NCBI RefSeq assembly: GCF_006345805.1
Contig: NC_043006.1
Location: 94,922,001 to 94,986,000 of the forward strand
DNA from: Octopus sinensis
Taxonomy: Eukaryota
DNA length: 64,000 bases
Direction: 5' to 3'
The position numbers were made by a program, and so were the translations under genes. The notes beneath the pieces were generated by a model. That model saw nothing but the letters and a program-made list of their open reading frames with translations. It had not been told where the DNA came from and ran no database searches. Every line of letters starts with the position of its first letter. Position 1 is the stretch's first letter. This document shows positions 39,678-53,444 of the stretch, one piece after another.

Positions 39678-41034
39678 TTTGTTTTCTTCTTTCTTATTTC
39701 TGTCTCTCCTTACTAACCGTCAGCCATTTTGTATTTCTATTGTATGTGTCTTCATTTGCGCATGCGTATATCTCTATGTGCGTCTATGTTTAGTTAGTGT
39801 GTATGTGTGTAGGGGGAATGCCTGTAATATTTGTATCTTCTGTTTATATACGTTCGTATAATTTTTTTTGTTCATGTTTACATCCACTTATCATTATTAT
39901 CATTATTATTATTATTACGTATACTTGTATGAATGTATAACAACAATACTAGTAATAACAATAATAATAATAATAAAACATTTAAAAAATTAAAAGATTT
40001 AAAAATTTTAAAAAGTCATTTAACTTTAAAAAAATACCTATATAGTTATTTATTTCTATTTGTGTATTTATCTGTGTATTTTATTTATTATGTTTTCGGT
40101 TTTGTTTATATTGTAACCAGTTTATGGGGATCCTCTTCTGTCATATGTTGTGGTGTGTGCTAGTGTTCCATTCCAGGTTTCTATTCAGGCTAGGTTTATC
40201 TTCTATTATGTGTGTAGCTTCCGTAATTCGTCTGATTGTTGCATCTGTTTTATGTGTGGACAAGATTTTAACTTCTATGTTGTTGATTGATGCCCTGTGT
40301 TCCTGCTCGGCGTGTTGGTATAGAATCGATGAATCTCTTTCCTCCCTTAAGTTCTCTCCTATGCTTCTTGCCGTTTCCCCTACGTATGTCGTTGTCTTGT
40401 TACTGCATCGTCCCTCTATACATCTTATACTATAGACTACATTTCTGGCTTTACAGTTTGTTTGTGGGCTAAATCTACACACAGTACAGTACCTATCCGT
40501 TCAGGGGTTCTACTAAAAGGGTAGGTTCTACCGATTAATGATTTGATAGGGTTGCCTGGATTTTCAATAACCTTAATCCATAGCTTAAGTTTGTCTAGGG
40601 TCCTTCTAAAGCGGTACGCCCGTTCACCTCTAGGGGTGGTGTCAACAAACATGACACTCTGGTATTTATGGCTATCATCCCTATTTTCTTCTTTGTCCTT
40701 TCTCTACTGTTCCATGACTTAAAAAAATTTTTAATGTTTTATTCTTATTACTAGTATTGTTTTTATACATACATACATACATACATACAAGCATACGTAA
40801 TAATAATAATAATGATAATAATAAGTGGATGTAAACATGAACAAAAAAAACAAGTTACACGAACGTATATAAATAGAGGATACAAATATTACAGGCATCC
40901 CCCACACATACACACTAACTAAACATAGACGCACATAGAGATATACGCATGCGAAAGTGAAGACACATACAATAGAAATACAAAATGGCTGACGGTTAGT
41001 AGAGAGAGACACAAATAAGAAAGAAGAAAACAAA

Positions 41035-41079
41035 GGACCACTGATGCGGTCACAGGAGTGTGACGAAAGAACTCTGGCC
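41035..41079 (+). ncRNA. Hammerhead-like motif, CUGAUGC core variant (family E, second arm)
   Basis: Same sequence as 39633-39677 on the opposite strand. Confidence 0.5.
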
Positions 41080-41191
41080 GAAATAAGATAAAGATTAATG
41101 TAAAAAATAAATAACACTGTAGCAAAGTAACACCAAATATATAGTGCGTGTGTTTTTATTGACTAAACTGGCAAAATGACCATTCCGAAAT

Positions 41192-41230
<39 letters not shown>

Positions 41231-41506
41231 TATATAATATATATATATATGTACATATTGGTAAAAACGGTAGGATACATAGAAATATATATATATATAT
41301 ATGTATATATATATGTGTGTATATGTATTATATATATATATTACACACATATATATATTATATAAAATATATATATTATACATATAAATATATGTATATA
41401 TATATAAATAAATATATATATATAATATGTGTGTGTGTGTCGTTGTATATATATATATATTATTATATGCATATGTATAAAGACTCGCAGATATATATAT
41501 ATTATG

Positions 41507-41568
<62 letters not shown>

Positions 41569-42037
41569 GTGTACGAATGTGAACACACCTACACACACAC
41601 AAATACAAAGCTGAAACTCACACCTAGACACAGGTACACGCAAACACACAGACACATACACATGTTCGAAAATATGCGCCCATATACGGGTGTGTGTGAT
41701 ACGTGTGTTTGTAGGTTTGCAGCGACAACTGTTAAAATACATCAACGGACAGCCCCAAAGCATTCGACTTCTGTCCGCCATTACGTTTCATTTAGTGTTT
41801 CCTATGCATTTTCCCGGGGAATCTGAACTCAATGTTGTACTTCTCTATTTATTATCGATTATTAAACAAAATACATATTCGATAGCTTCGGGCATACATT
41901 AAAGGCGATTGAATGTCTTGAAACAGCTTCGTAGCAGGAAGTATATTAAATTGGAATATATTTAGAAATTTCATTCTGTTTGGTAAGTAATAAATTGAAG
42001 ACAAAGAAAATGTCTCCATATTCTCTATTAAATTTCA

Positions 42038-42853
42038 GTTCTTCTTCTTCTTCTTCTTCTTCTTCTTCTTCTTCTTCTTCTTCTTCTTTCTTCTTCTTCT
42101 TTCTTCTTCTTCTTCTTCTTCTTTCTTCTTCTTTTCTTCTCTTCTTCTTCTTCTTCTTCTTCTTCTTCTTCTTCGTCTCTTCTTGTCTTCTCTTCGTCTT
42201 CTTCTTCTACTTCTACTTCTTCTTCTTCTTCTTCTTCTTCTTCGTCTTCTTCGTCTTCTTCTTTTCCTTTTATACTTCCCCTTCTTGTTGTTCTTCTTCT
42301 CTTCCTACTTCTTCTTCCTCCTCTTCTTCTTCTTTCTTCTTCTTCTTCTTCTTCGTTTTCTTTCTTCTTTTTTCTTTCTTCTTCTTCTTCTTCTTCGTTT
42401 TCTTTCTTCTTTTTTCTTTCTTTCTTCTTCTTCATTCTTCTTCTTCTTTCTTCTTCTTCTTCGTTTTCTTTCTTCTTTCTTCTTTCTTCTTCTTCTCCAT
42501 TCTTCTTCTTCTTCATTCTTCTTCTTCTTCGTTTTCTTTCTTCTTTCCTCTTTCTTCTACTTCTCCATTCTTCTTCTTCTTCTTTCTTCTTCTTTTTCTT
42601 CGTTTTCTTTCTTCTTTCTTCTTCTTCTTCATTCTTCTTCTTCTTCTTTCTTCTTCTTCTTCTTCTTTCTTTTTCTTCTTTCTTTTTCTTCTTCTTCTTC
42701 TTCTTCTTCTCCTCCTCCTCCTCCTCCTCCTCCTTCTTCTTCTTCTTCTTCTTCTTCTTCTCCTCCTCCTCCTCTTCTTCTTCTTCTTCTTCTTCTTTTC
42801 CTTCTTCTTCTTCTTCTTCTTCTTCTTCCGCTTCTTCTTCCGCTTCTTCTTCT
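42038..42853. repeat. About 800-bp (TTC)n-based polypyrimidine tract
   Basis: Directly visible; includes (CTC)n patches. Confidence 0.95.
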
Positions 42854-44414
42854 CACAATGAGACTAATTCAAAATAATTACGGTAACGTTAGCGGCCTCG
42901 AAGGTGATAGGGCTTTCATAAATGGACAGTTAAAAAGGTTTTTTAGGGGTTTCCCAAGAACATCTCCCTCATTTGAGTTAGTAAATGAGTAAAATTTCGT
43001 TTTGGAAGTATCAGTGACTGAGCCCGAGTAGCTGATATGAAAAGCACTATGAAAGCCCCATAAAACTGATCATAAATTGACCCGGATTTCCTGAATTAGC
43101 AGAAATGTTCATTTGGAAAACCTGAAGAGATTCTTTATTGGACTTGCACACAGTTTTCATTAGACTTACCAAAAGCAAATAGTGTCACTTTTTAACAGTT
43201 CCGAGTAGTTGGCAACAAAAGCCACCAATTTTCATAGTTTTGATGCTCAGCCAACTTAGATGTACTGCAACTCAACGTCTTAAAAACTTGTAACTAATTC
43301 CATCTTTGTAGACGTTGAAAGATTTCAAGAATGCGATTAAGAAATTAGTCAAGTGGGATTAGCAAGTGCACTTCTTGATAAGATCTAATGGTTGTCACTA
43401 AAAAGGAAAATTAGAGAAAAATCTATCAACTCTGAAATAGATTTAGAGAACAAGAAATTAGTATGAATTAGCTGATTGATGGATGCGGATTGTGGTAGTA
43501 CAGCATAGCAAAGGAACCGCGACGACTATCTTTAGATGAACGCAAAAAGCGCGCTGTTTCCGACACCACGAAGTCTACTGTCAAAAACCGATTTCAGCAG
43601 TTCATGTTTTGGGCAATGAAGAAATTGTCTGTTGGGTTAAACCTTTCGAAGTTTATTGAAATATATGCCAGACCTGGTTACTGTTGTCATGGCATCTGTT
43701 TAATGCTACTGGAATGAGATTAGCAAGTCTTTGGAGGGGAAAAGTAATGATGCTGTTGTGGAACGATCCGTACAAATTCGTACGTAACAGAATACTTTAG
43801 TGTTGTCAAAATAGGATTATAGATCTTTACAAGCGGTTGTTGAATGCCATTGATCGTAAGGTCAGGTAGATATGTGTGCCTCTGACACATCTGTCTGCGA
43901 CAGCCTTCACCTCGTACGAGTGAATCGGCACCAGATCTGGTTTTGGTGGAACTTTAATCAATATACGTCATTTCAAAGCTTACTGAAAAAAATAGCAGCT
44001 TCGATTCCCGCCGAGTGAAGACAGCGATGTCGAGACATTTATGTCCAGACAGGATTGTCCAGTTCAAGTTACTACTACGTTTGAAGACACTGAATTGAAT
44101 TTTCTAATGATTCTTACTGGAGATGATTTATGTATAAAAAAGATTTTAGGAGGAGAAATATGACAAGAGGCCGAATATTTCCACATGGCCCCCAGGGAAA
44201 GATTACTGAACGTAAGAGACAAGCATCACTCTCACAACAACGAGTCGACTGTCAACAATTATCGGACATATTTCTATTGTCTCTCAACGAGAAAACGAAA
44301 TCAACTGACGTTTGTATTCGGTGAAGTGGTTGATATGTCTGAGCGTAGCAAAAGATGCTTCTAGCTCTTCACAATCTCAGTTCATATTCCACAGAAGTGA
44401 AATTTGCCTGCATA

Positions 44415-44514
44415 NNNNNNNNNNNNNNNNNNNNNNNNNNNNNNNNNNNNNNNNNNNNNNNNNNNNNNNNNNNNNNNNNNNNNNNNNNNNNNNNNNNNNN
44501 NNNNNNNNNNNNNN
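44415..44514. other. Assembly gap (100 N)
   Basis: Run of N. Confidence 1.
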
Positions 44515-45203
44515 TATATCATCTAATAAACACAATCGGTAAAGAGCTACTAATAATTCATGCTTTAATAAACATTATATTGGTAGATTCATATAACATG
44601 TCATGTACCTTAAAGCTATGTTCATAATGTTAGATGTATCGGAAAAGCCGGGACGATGGTCTCCGAGAAAACATGTGACCGGAAAGGAAACAAAATCGTG
44701 AAGGAAGTTGCAATTATTAGTAACACTTTTTGTAATTGTGTATATTTAATGGTATTTAACTCACAACTTTTTGTTGAACCTGCTTATAATGGAATAGTAA
44801 ATTATGCGCGTGTGTGTGTATACACACAACAGCAACAATGCAGTACTGAGTTTTGTCAGTGAAGAGGTCGCGGTCTCAAAGCGACGAAGATATTTTGGCA
44901 AATTAAACTTAAATATTGAAGTGAATCTAACGGCTTTTCTGTGTTTCTTAAATGGCTTATAAACACCTTCCACGCTGCAATTGTTTTCGTTCCAGCACAC
45001 GATCTCAGTTCAGGTCACTTGTTAAGCAAGTACATCTCCGTAATATATATATATATATACTCAGAAGTAGAAATAAAGGTCATAAACCTCACGGAGGGAT
45101 AGCAAACCCTCTAAAAGTACTGGTTTGTTGCCAATACAAAAAAACGTTGAACTTTACAGTTAATGCTGAACTGCAAGGTAACTATATATACTGTGGTTTA
45201 TAT

Positions 45204-46322
45204 TGTTACGGAATCACCCGTCGTCGCCCGTCCCGAACGGCTCACACAAGTTCCGCCACGGAACCCAAAGAGGCGGAGAGAGGAGATACAGATAGATACT
45301 GCCACAACCTCAACAGCACAGAGATACAGAGGCACAACCCGAGATACAACCCAAAGAGGCAAGGCAACAACTGGCAACACTGGCTTATATTCAAACAACA
45401 GTTTATACGACAATTACAATTGTTACAACATCAAGATACATCAAAGCATGCACGTGACTACTCAATACATAATACAACAGCATTTCAAGAGTACAACTCA
45501 AAGCATAATACAACATCATGTAACAATTCAAGAGTACACGTCCCAAGACAACAGTTCTTTAAAGTCTCTTCCTAAACATCACAATCAACAAGTCCTTTAC
45601 TCTTCTTCTTCACAATGTCCTTATCGACCACATCGACAGAGTCTTGACTGTTCTTTTCACTGTTCAATACACCGTGACACATATCAATGCACAAACACAT
45701 ACCTCAATTCCTAATTGAATCTGCCACTGTCCCATTCTCTCAATACTGCTAATTCCTCTGAATACTGCTAATTCCCTTCTGTGCCGCCAAGCTTTCTCGC
45801 ATCCAACTTGCTCCTAAGAATTCCAACGCTGCTCCTTAAATCCAAGGTCCGTCTGTCTTCTTCGAGGACCGGCCAGCGACTGCAAGATCCGTCTGTGTTC
45901 TTCGACGACCGCTCAACGACTGCCAAGACCTCACTTCGTCTCTGTGCTTCTTCCACTCCCTCATCTCCCTCTGTACCGCTCATACCCTCTCTAACTGCCC
46001 TGGTCCTTATACTCTATCTATATCCTCAATCTGTCCCTTACTGCTTATCCTTTCTATTTGCCCTCTGCTCTTACTCTATCGCTATCGCCTGCCAGACTCT
46101 TCCTCTCTATCTGTCCCTTTTCTCTTACACTCTATCTCTATTTGCTCTCAGCCCTTAATCTGTCACATTCTCCTGACCCTCTTCTCAGCCGCACGAGGTC
46201 ACAGGTCATTCCAAAACCCATTAGTCCTCCATTAGACAAAAGACTGTCACATTTTCACCAGACATGATGGTGCCATTATTCCTATGTGGGTCAGAAACAC
46301 TGCACTAGTTAAACCCGTAACA
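45204..46322 (-). mobile_element. Solo LTR (1119 bp), probably Ty3/Gypsy
   Basis: Termini TGTTACGG...CCGTAACA (8-bp inverted repeat, TG..CA); ATAT duplicated at 45200-45203 and 46323-46326; orientation inferred from TATA-like and AATATA motifs on the minus strand. Confidence 0.85.
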
Positions 46323-46559
46323 ATATGTATGTATTTATTATAAGATAAGAAAATAAAGAGATTATTAATAAATTATTATAATTACAGTTGTAAGGGATGT
46401 TTGACAGTTTTTTTTATCAGCTCAATAATTCATTAAGTATGTTCAACACTCAAAGTAGTACAAGAGATCTTTGGCCATTCTTATATGCAAAATGACATGG
46501 GAAATCCATTTCTGGCCTTTTTTTTAATATTGAATTAGACATGGTTTCTACAGAATTGT

Positions 46560-47500
46560 CACTGTCATACCCTTTTTATATCATTATTATTAAAAAACAT
46601 TCTCTACCGCATTGTAAAATGAGTTTCAACCGAGGGTTAGAGAACAATCTTAGTAATACCTACAATGTGATTCAAAGCTTGTGTTTAATGTTATTTTTTA
46701 TCCTTCAGATCTTATTTGTTTTCAGGAATGAGTGCAAGACAGTTCAAAAAAGATCCAAACAGATTCTGTTATATCTGAGGAATTGACTTATACTAAAGAA
46801 AAGCGCAGTATTACAGGCCATATCAAGAAAATATACAAGGCGTATTCCGATTGTTACTTAGGAGACCAGGATTAGTCATGGGCTCCTCATGTGTGTTGCC
46901 TTACATATGTGAAGGCATTGAATGCCTGGTGTACAGGAAAAAAATGTTCACATGAAGTTTGGTGTGCCAATGATATGACGTGAACAGAAAAATCACTCTA
47001 ATGATTGCTATTTCTGTCACCATGACTTTACAGGCTTTACTACAGCAAAGAAAACGAAACACATGGTTTACCCAAATTTGCAACCAGCAAATCTGAAAGC
47101 ACTTTTAACAAGTATACAGTATGATGACTATACCTGGCATATTTGTGCAGATTTTAAGGTGGTGGCCATGCTTACTGGCCTTCAGCTTGGCTATACTAAA
47201 TTTTGCTGCTTCCTATGCTTATGGAATTCCGAACCAAGAGCTGAACATTATGTACGCAAGGATTGGCCGATCCGAGATGAAATTGAGCAAGGAAAACACA
47301 ACATCATGCACAAACTGCTTGTGAAAAGTGATAGAATTTTTTTTACCACCTTTGCATATTAAACCTGGTTTGTTTAAGCAATTTGTGAAAGCCTTGTACA
47401 AGGTATCCGCATTTGCATATCTTGTAGAAAAGTTCCCTTCCTGGAGTCAAGCTAAAATTAAAGGTTTCTTCATAGGTCCTTCAGATGTTTTGGCAAGGAG
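46560..47500 (+). mobile_element. Second Chapaev3-type transposase remnant, internally deleted
   Basis: From ATG 46728: MSARQFKKDPNRFCYI*...LGDQD*SWAPHVCC...FGVPMI*REQKNHSNDCYFC, joined to WHICADFKVVAMLTGLQLGYTKFCCFLCLWNS...PPLHIK. Confidence 0.85.
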
Positions 47501-47577
47501 TTAAATAGCTGTCGGCCCTTGAAACCAAAGCTTTCGCAGTACATGGTCCTCGCTTTGGATGAGGCAGCTTACATATA

Positions 47578-48173
47578 CAGGGTGTTCAAAACATCTCCCC
47601 GCAGTAAGTATTTTATTGCAAAATAAATATTTATAAGATGGTATAAGACTACAAACGAATATATTAGACTTTAAAAGGCCTTAAAAAACTTTGTAAGAGG
47701 TGTTGAAATTTAATTTCTTTTTTACTACCGTTTGAGCACTCCCCAAGCCTGATTTCCGTTTCCTGTGACAATTTACATAGGGCCTTCACGGGGTTGCCAG
47801 AAGTTTATCAGAAATATTGGAGAGTGTTCCGTTTGAAAGAACAGTAGGCCTACCGCTTCTTGCTGCGTCTTCCATTGAATCTATGTTTCTAAATTTTCTT
47901 ATCAAATCCCGCACAGTGTCACGATGAGAAACAACAGTATTTGGAAAAGTTTCACTGAACTTCTGTTTCACAATATCTGTGTATTTGTTTCTAGCTCGAA
48001 ACACCCATTCAACGAAAAGCATACGTTCTTCAATGGTTAGCATGTCGACACGATGAAGGGTACACAATGACTGAGGGACAATGGCTGACAGCCACCCGCC
48101 CACGCAGTGATAGCCAAGTTGCGCATGCGCAGGATGAAAGATTTCACTGCGGAGAGACGTTTTGAACACCCTG
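47578..48173 (-). mobile_element. Tc1/mariner-superfamily deletion derivative
   Basis: TIRs CAGGGTGTTCAAAACRTCTCYCCGCAGT, flanking TA on both sides; ORF MLTIEERMLFVEWV...RDTVRDLIRKFR...DAARSGRP. Confidence 0.9.
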
Positions 48174-49239
48174 TATGTATGTTTGCATGATCCCAGGAGC
48201 GTAATTACTAAGGCACGAATGGTGTACGGCACGAAGATGAGGAAAGAAGTGTATTAGAGTAGCCCTGAAAGCCTGGGACAAGTAAGACCTCCCAAACAGA
48301 GCGTTTACGCGGGTAGCCATCCCTCCGTTTTGCAAGTGGTGTTTGCTACGCTCACAACGCCCACTAACCAGTACAGATTGAAGATGAATGTGTGAAAATG
48401 AGCAAGCTTTATAGGCTATAACAGGGAAAAGTGTACCCTGGAATACAACTTATCATTGTACACAATGACAAGTTACCTGTAGCACACGCTCACACCCTTG
48501 TGACAGAAGCACTTAGAGCAAGAAACAACAACTACAGGAACATAGCGCATGAATGCAGGCCGATGGAAAACTCTGTATTTTCCCCATCTCTGAGTCTAAA
48601 TTTTAAAGTTTGACATGTTTACTCTCTGTTATATTGTGGATAAACAATAATAATATTTAATTCCCGAATATCCATAAGCAACAGAAAATATATTTTGTCG
48701 AACTAACGATTGTGGATTAAATATTCGATGCGTTTAAGTGATTATTTCCAACATTGACAACTACGCATTTTGAAGCAGAACATATTCCTTTTGATCGAAC
48801 GCCTTATGTGACTGTAACTCCACCATGTGGTGCTTTGACGCCATTCGTGGTAAACAGAGTGTTCGATGTTTCCGGACAAGGCTGAAGATAAATTATTACC
48901 CAACATCCACCAGCGGCAAAGGCCCAATATAGGGCCACAATCTGTGCCTTCACTCTCGACTCGAATATCAAACAAGAATGATTACTTCACAATTATAAAC
49001 GCAATTTGCAGCATCAGCACAATTTAAATTTTTGCCATGATGAATCTAGGTATTTCTTCCTACACGTTACGTTCAGGGTTGAAACCCAGCCGGGGTCGAG
49101 GTTGCCTTTCACCCCTCTGGCGTTAGATAAATACTATATTTGTAAAACATTTGGGTGCATGGCATCGACTTCTCAAATTTCGACACAAACTTGCTGGTCT
49201 TGTCTCTATTTGAAACCATTATAAGGAGAATGGCGTCGG

Positions 49240-49720
49240 CAACATTAATGACAACAACGATGATTCGGATGATGAGGGAAATGATGAAAATTGCTGTATG
49301 AGACTAATCAGGATTGAGATGATGATGCTGTCAATAATGATGGCGACTGTCATGAAGAAGACGACGACAACGACGACGACGATGACGGCCGTGAAGATGA
49401 TGACTATGATGATGATTGCAATGATGTTGATGTGGATGATGGTAATGATGATGACAGGAATGATGATAATGAGGAGGAGAGAGATTATGATTATGATGAT
49501 GGTGATGATGAAGGAGGAAGAGGGGGATGTTAATGATGACTATGATGTTGACGATGACTATGATGATGTTCATCATCATGATCATGTTCATGATCATAGT
49601 GATGAAGGCAATGATGATTATGATGATGATGATTACGACCATGATGATGATGATCATTACCATCATTAACAAAATTTTGATGCTGACGAATGTGACGATA
49701 ACGAAGATGGCAAGGGAAAG
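49240..49720. repeat. Diverged (GAT)n low-complexity tract
   Basis: Directly visible. Confidence 0.9.
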
Positions 49721-50137
49721 TGCGTGGTGGGGTAGGGGAAGTGGTGCTTCTCCGTGCTGTTGCTGATATCACAGCGATGATATGCACAGCTCCATCAAGA
49801 CCCGGTGGTGTCGGTGGTGGAAGCAGCTGTTGCAGTGACGACGATTACCCTGGCGGTGGCAGCGAAGGTGGCGGAGGTTCACACTTCCATTCCTCTGATC
49901 TTTAAACTACATTTGATCCCATCGTCAGGTAAAAAAAAATAACGTAAAAATAAAAAGATAAATTCAAATAGAATTTTCTAGATATTGGCTTCGATAAGAG
50001 ACAGATTTTCTAGAAATTTTGAATCAAACTTCAATTATTTCCTGCTTTTCTGTTTCTTTTTTCATTCGTATTTTTTATATTTTGATAACGTAATACAGGG
50101 CGTTGTGAGCTTCATATTTAGCTTTATATTTCTGTCG

Positions 50138-50195
<58 letters not shown>

Positions 50196-50198
50196 TGC

Positions 50199-50257
<59 letters not shown>

Positions 50258-50307
50258 ATATATATATATAAATATATATAAATATATATATAATATATAT
50301 ATAAATA

Positions 50308-50382
<75 letters not shown>

Positions 50383-50445
50383 ATCTATATATATAATATA
50401 TATATAAATTATATATATATATATATATATATAGTATATATATAT

Positions 50446-50493
<48 letters not shown>

Positions 50494-50836
50494 ATGTATA
50501 TATATATATATATATATACATATATAAATATATAATATACTATATATATATATGTATATATATATATTTATATTTATATACATATACACACACATTCACA
50601 CACACACACATATATATTTATGCATAATGCATACATACATTTACATATATATATGTTTGTATATATAATATATAAATATGTGTGAGTGTGTGATGTGTGT
50701 TCATGCAAATACACACTCGTATACACACCTATAACAAACTCACATCTATGTAAGATCCCAAGCAACTTACACAAACACACAAAAACACACTTGCATACAC
50801 ATATGTAGGCATATGTACATATATGCATACACACGC

Positions 50837-50871
<35 letters not shown>

Positions 50872-51940
50872 TATAAACACATATAGCTGAATATGTGTGC
50901 GTATGTGTGCGTGTCACAAATTGCCACACTCAATATATTTGTTGTTATTACACATATTAGATGTCCACTTTTTGTATTTTTATTCACTGGAATTTATTTT
51001 ATTATTTTATTTTATATCATTCTAAGTTGTCTTATCTCTATGTTGAAATTGCAACCGATCTATATTCTTTCGTTATCTATCTCATCCCTTACATTTTTAG
51101 TGTTTTGCACACATAGACACACGTGCACACGCATACACATATACTCGCAAGCCCACACACACAAAGCACGCATATGTGTGTGTGTGTGTAAAATATTTAC
51201 GTATACTTATATATATATATGTGTGTGTAAATATATATGTATGTATATATGTGCGTGTATAGATATAAGTTTGTGCGTATATATGTATGCATACATATAT
51301 ATATGCACACACATATATATATATACATACATCTATATATGTACATACATATATATGCACATATCTATCCATGTATATAGACAAATATTCGTGTATATAT
51401 GTATACATGCATATATATATACATATATATGCATACATATATATCTTCATACCTGTAAGTGTGTGTGTTTGTGTGTGTGTTTGTGTGCGTGTGTGTGCAT
51501 TCCAACATGAGCTCATGGAGATAATTCATGTAGGTTAATGGAATAAAGTTATCTAAATCGGGAAGGTGCTCATGTATCGAATGATGTATGCAGTAAAAGG
51601 TTTCAATAGATTTAAATATTGGCGCTTTGTCGTTCTAAAATAACAAAAATTTGTGTCAAATTTTATCGTCTCTCAAAGAAAAGAGGAGATAATTATAATA
51701 AATTAGAATATATTTCACAAACCTCCATCAATTACCATGCTTTACTAAAATTCTGTTCCTTCTTATTGGTCAAGGTTGGCAGGTTCGTCAGTGTTTCGTA
51801 ACATTTGGAGCTCGTCAGTAGAATTAATTATTACTCGTCTTCTGTATGAAAATTCTTAGCCATTAGCCTTGGAGTATATTGTAAAATTATACAATTATCA
51901 ATATATACATAGAAGTGGCTATGTAGTAAGTAGCTTGCTT

Positions 51941-52635
51941 ACTTCCGGTTACCCAGAATGCAACACTAGTTGGTCTGGACAGTTACAATGGCAAGATGTG
52001 AGTTTTTTTGTCTGGGTTCTTATCACCGTAACGGTGAATTGAGAATTTTTGCTTGGAAATTCTACTTGTAAAATCTAGTGGGCGTATCTCGCCAGAAAAA
52101 GTACAATTTTTCCGAATAAGTCATTTGGATTACCTTTTTGGAGTATTATACAAAGGATTCCCTGTCTGTGCTATTTGTGAGGATTTTCTTTTACTTTCCC
52201 TTCTTCTATTTTTTCTTTCTTTCTAAATTTTGGTTCATTCTTTTCATTACTTTAATTTCAGTTTCCTTTCCTCCTCTTTTATTTTGTTTTATTTTTATTC
52301 GGTTTAATTTTTTGGCAGACTGTCTTTTGAACTACTTTTCAACTGTTTTTTGACATGGCAGAGAAGGAACTTGAAAAGGAAAACTCTGTCTTAGAGTGGG
52401 AAATTAACCCGCCTAAGCAGTGGTTAAAAGATATGGAGGAGAAGACGGTTGTGCTTAGAACTTATGCTAAAGTTCTTGATTCCATCACCGTCTTCCCAAA
52501 ACAAGTTATAAAAAATGAGCTTAAAGACTATTTGTCCTCTTTAAAATATATATCCCGTGGTGTCAAACATGCAGCCGTATATCACAAATATATTGTGATG
52601 AATTTCATGTTTCAAAACATTGGTTACTTTTTATT
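51941..52635 (+). mobile_element. Probable L1/Tx1-type LINE 5' UTR and truncated ORF1
   Basis: Starts ACTTCCGGTT (ETS-type motif common at L1 5' ends); long T-rich leader; ATG at 52355 opens non-repetitive MAEKELEKENSVLEWEI...TVVLRTY...KYISRG; no domain verified. Confidence 0.45.
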
Positions 52636-52651
52636 CAGCCTCATACATATA

Positions 52652-52900
52652 GACAGGATGAGGAATGGGGAGGTGCGAAGGCGAGCAGGAATGAGAGAAA
52701 AAGTAAACAAGCAAAATGGATAGACGAATGTTGAGATGGTTTGGCCACATGGAGTGGACGGGTGAGGAGCGGATGATAAGGAGGGTGATGTAGGCAGAGG
52801 TGGTAGGCAGCAGAACCAGAGGTAGACCTTGGTTTGTGTAGATTGATGGAGTGAGGAAAGCTTGAAGAGTGTCCGTGGACGGATGAGTGAATTGGCGCTG
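52652..52900 (+). mobile_element. RTE-clade LINE 3' fragment
   Basis: DRMRNGEVRRRAG...RMLRWFGHME...RMIRRVM*AEVVGSRTRGRP...DGV, the typical RTE C-terminus. Confidence 0.8.
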
Positions 52901-53444
52901 CTCAAAGGGGTAGGGAACCAGCATGATGCGGCGGGTGTACACCTGCATATGCTGTCTGGCCCCGCTGCTGATATTGGGGGTTGCGTTCTATGCCTTGATC
53001 CGAGCATAAAACGGGGATAGCCCTATTGAGCTGGGAAATGAATGTAACACCTGATGTGTATAGGTCTGGGTATGTATATGTGCATATGTATATAATTATG
53101 TGTGAATACGTTGTGTCACTTTTTGTCCCAGAATTTGTTTGTTGGGGTCCCTGTAACTTAGAGGGCCAGTAAAAGTCACCGATGGCATTAGTCGCAGGCT
53201 GAAAAATATAAAGACTGGCGTTGACGCATTCGGTCAAAATTCTTCAAACTGATACCCCAGCATGGCCGCAGTCGAATGGCAAACACAAGCTATAGATAAA
53301 AGATGTAGGTGAGTGCGAATGTGTGGGTGCGTGTGGTTATATGTATTAATGTATAAATATATATGTGTGTGTGTGAGTGTGTGTGTGTGTGTACTTCTCC
53401 ACACATACATATATACACACATATATGCATACATACACACATAT

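Larger units (their letters stand above)
39517..41195 (-). mobile_element. 5'-truncated Penelope-like element with about 480-500-bp inverted arms
   Basis: Arms 39517-40019 and 40714-41195; central GIY-YIG ORF 40141-40482(-) NVVYSIRC...YVGETARS...ILYQH...EATHI...PSLN. Confidence 0.85.

Noticed and set aside
41980-42992. Longest ORFs in the track (293 and 269 aa)
   Set aside because: Pure translations of the (TTC)n tract; the same applies to the many YI/HT/CV/poly-I/poly-N ORFs.
42860-44414. Non-repetitive stretch that may be a decayed DNA transposon
   Set aside because: No motif could be read convincingly in the frames I tried.
44952-46158. ORFs of 207, 183 and 125 aa
   Set aside because: They lie largely inside a solo LTR, have biased composition and show no recognisable domain.
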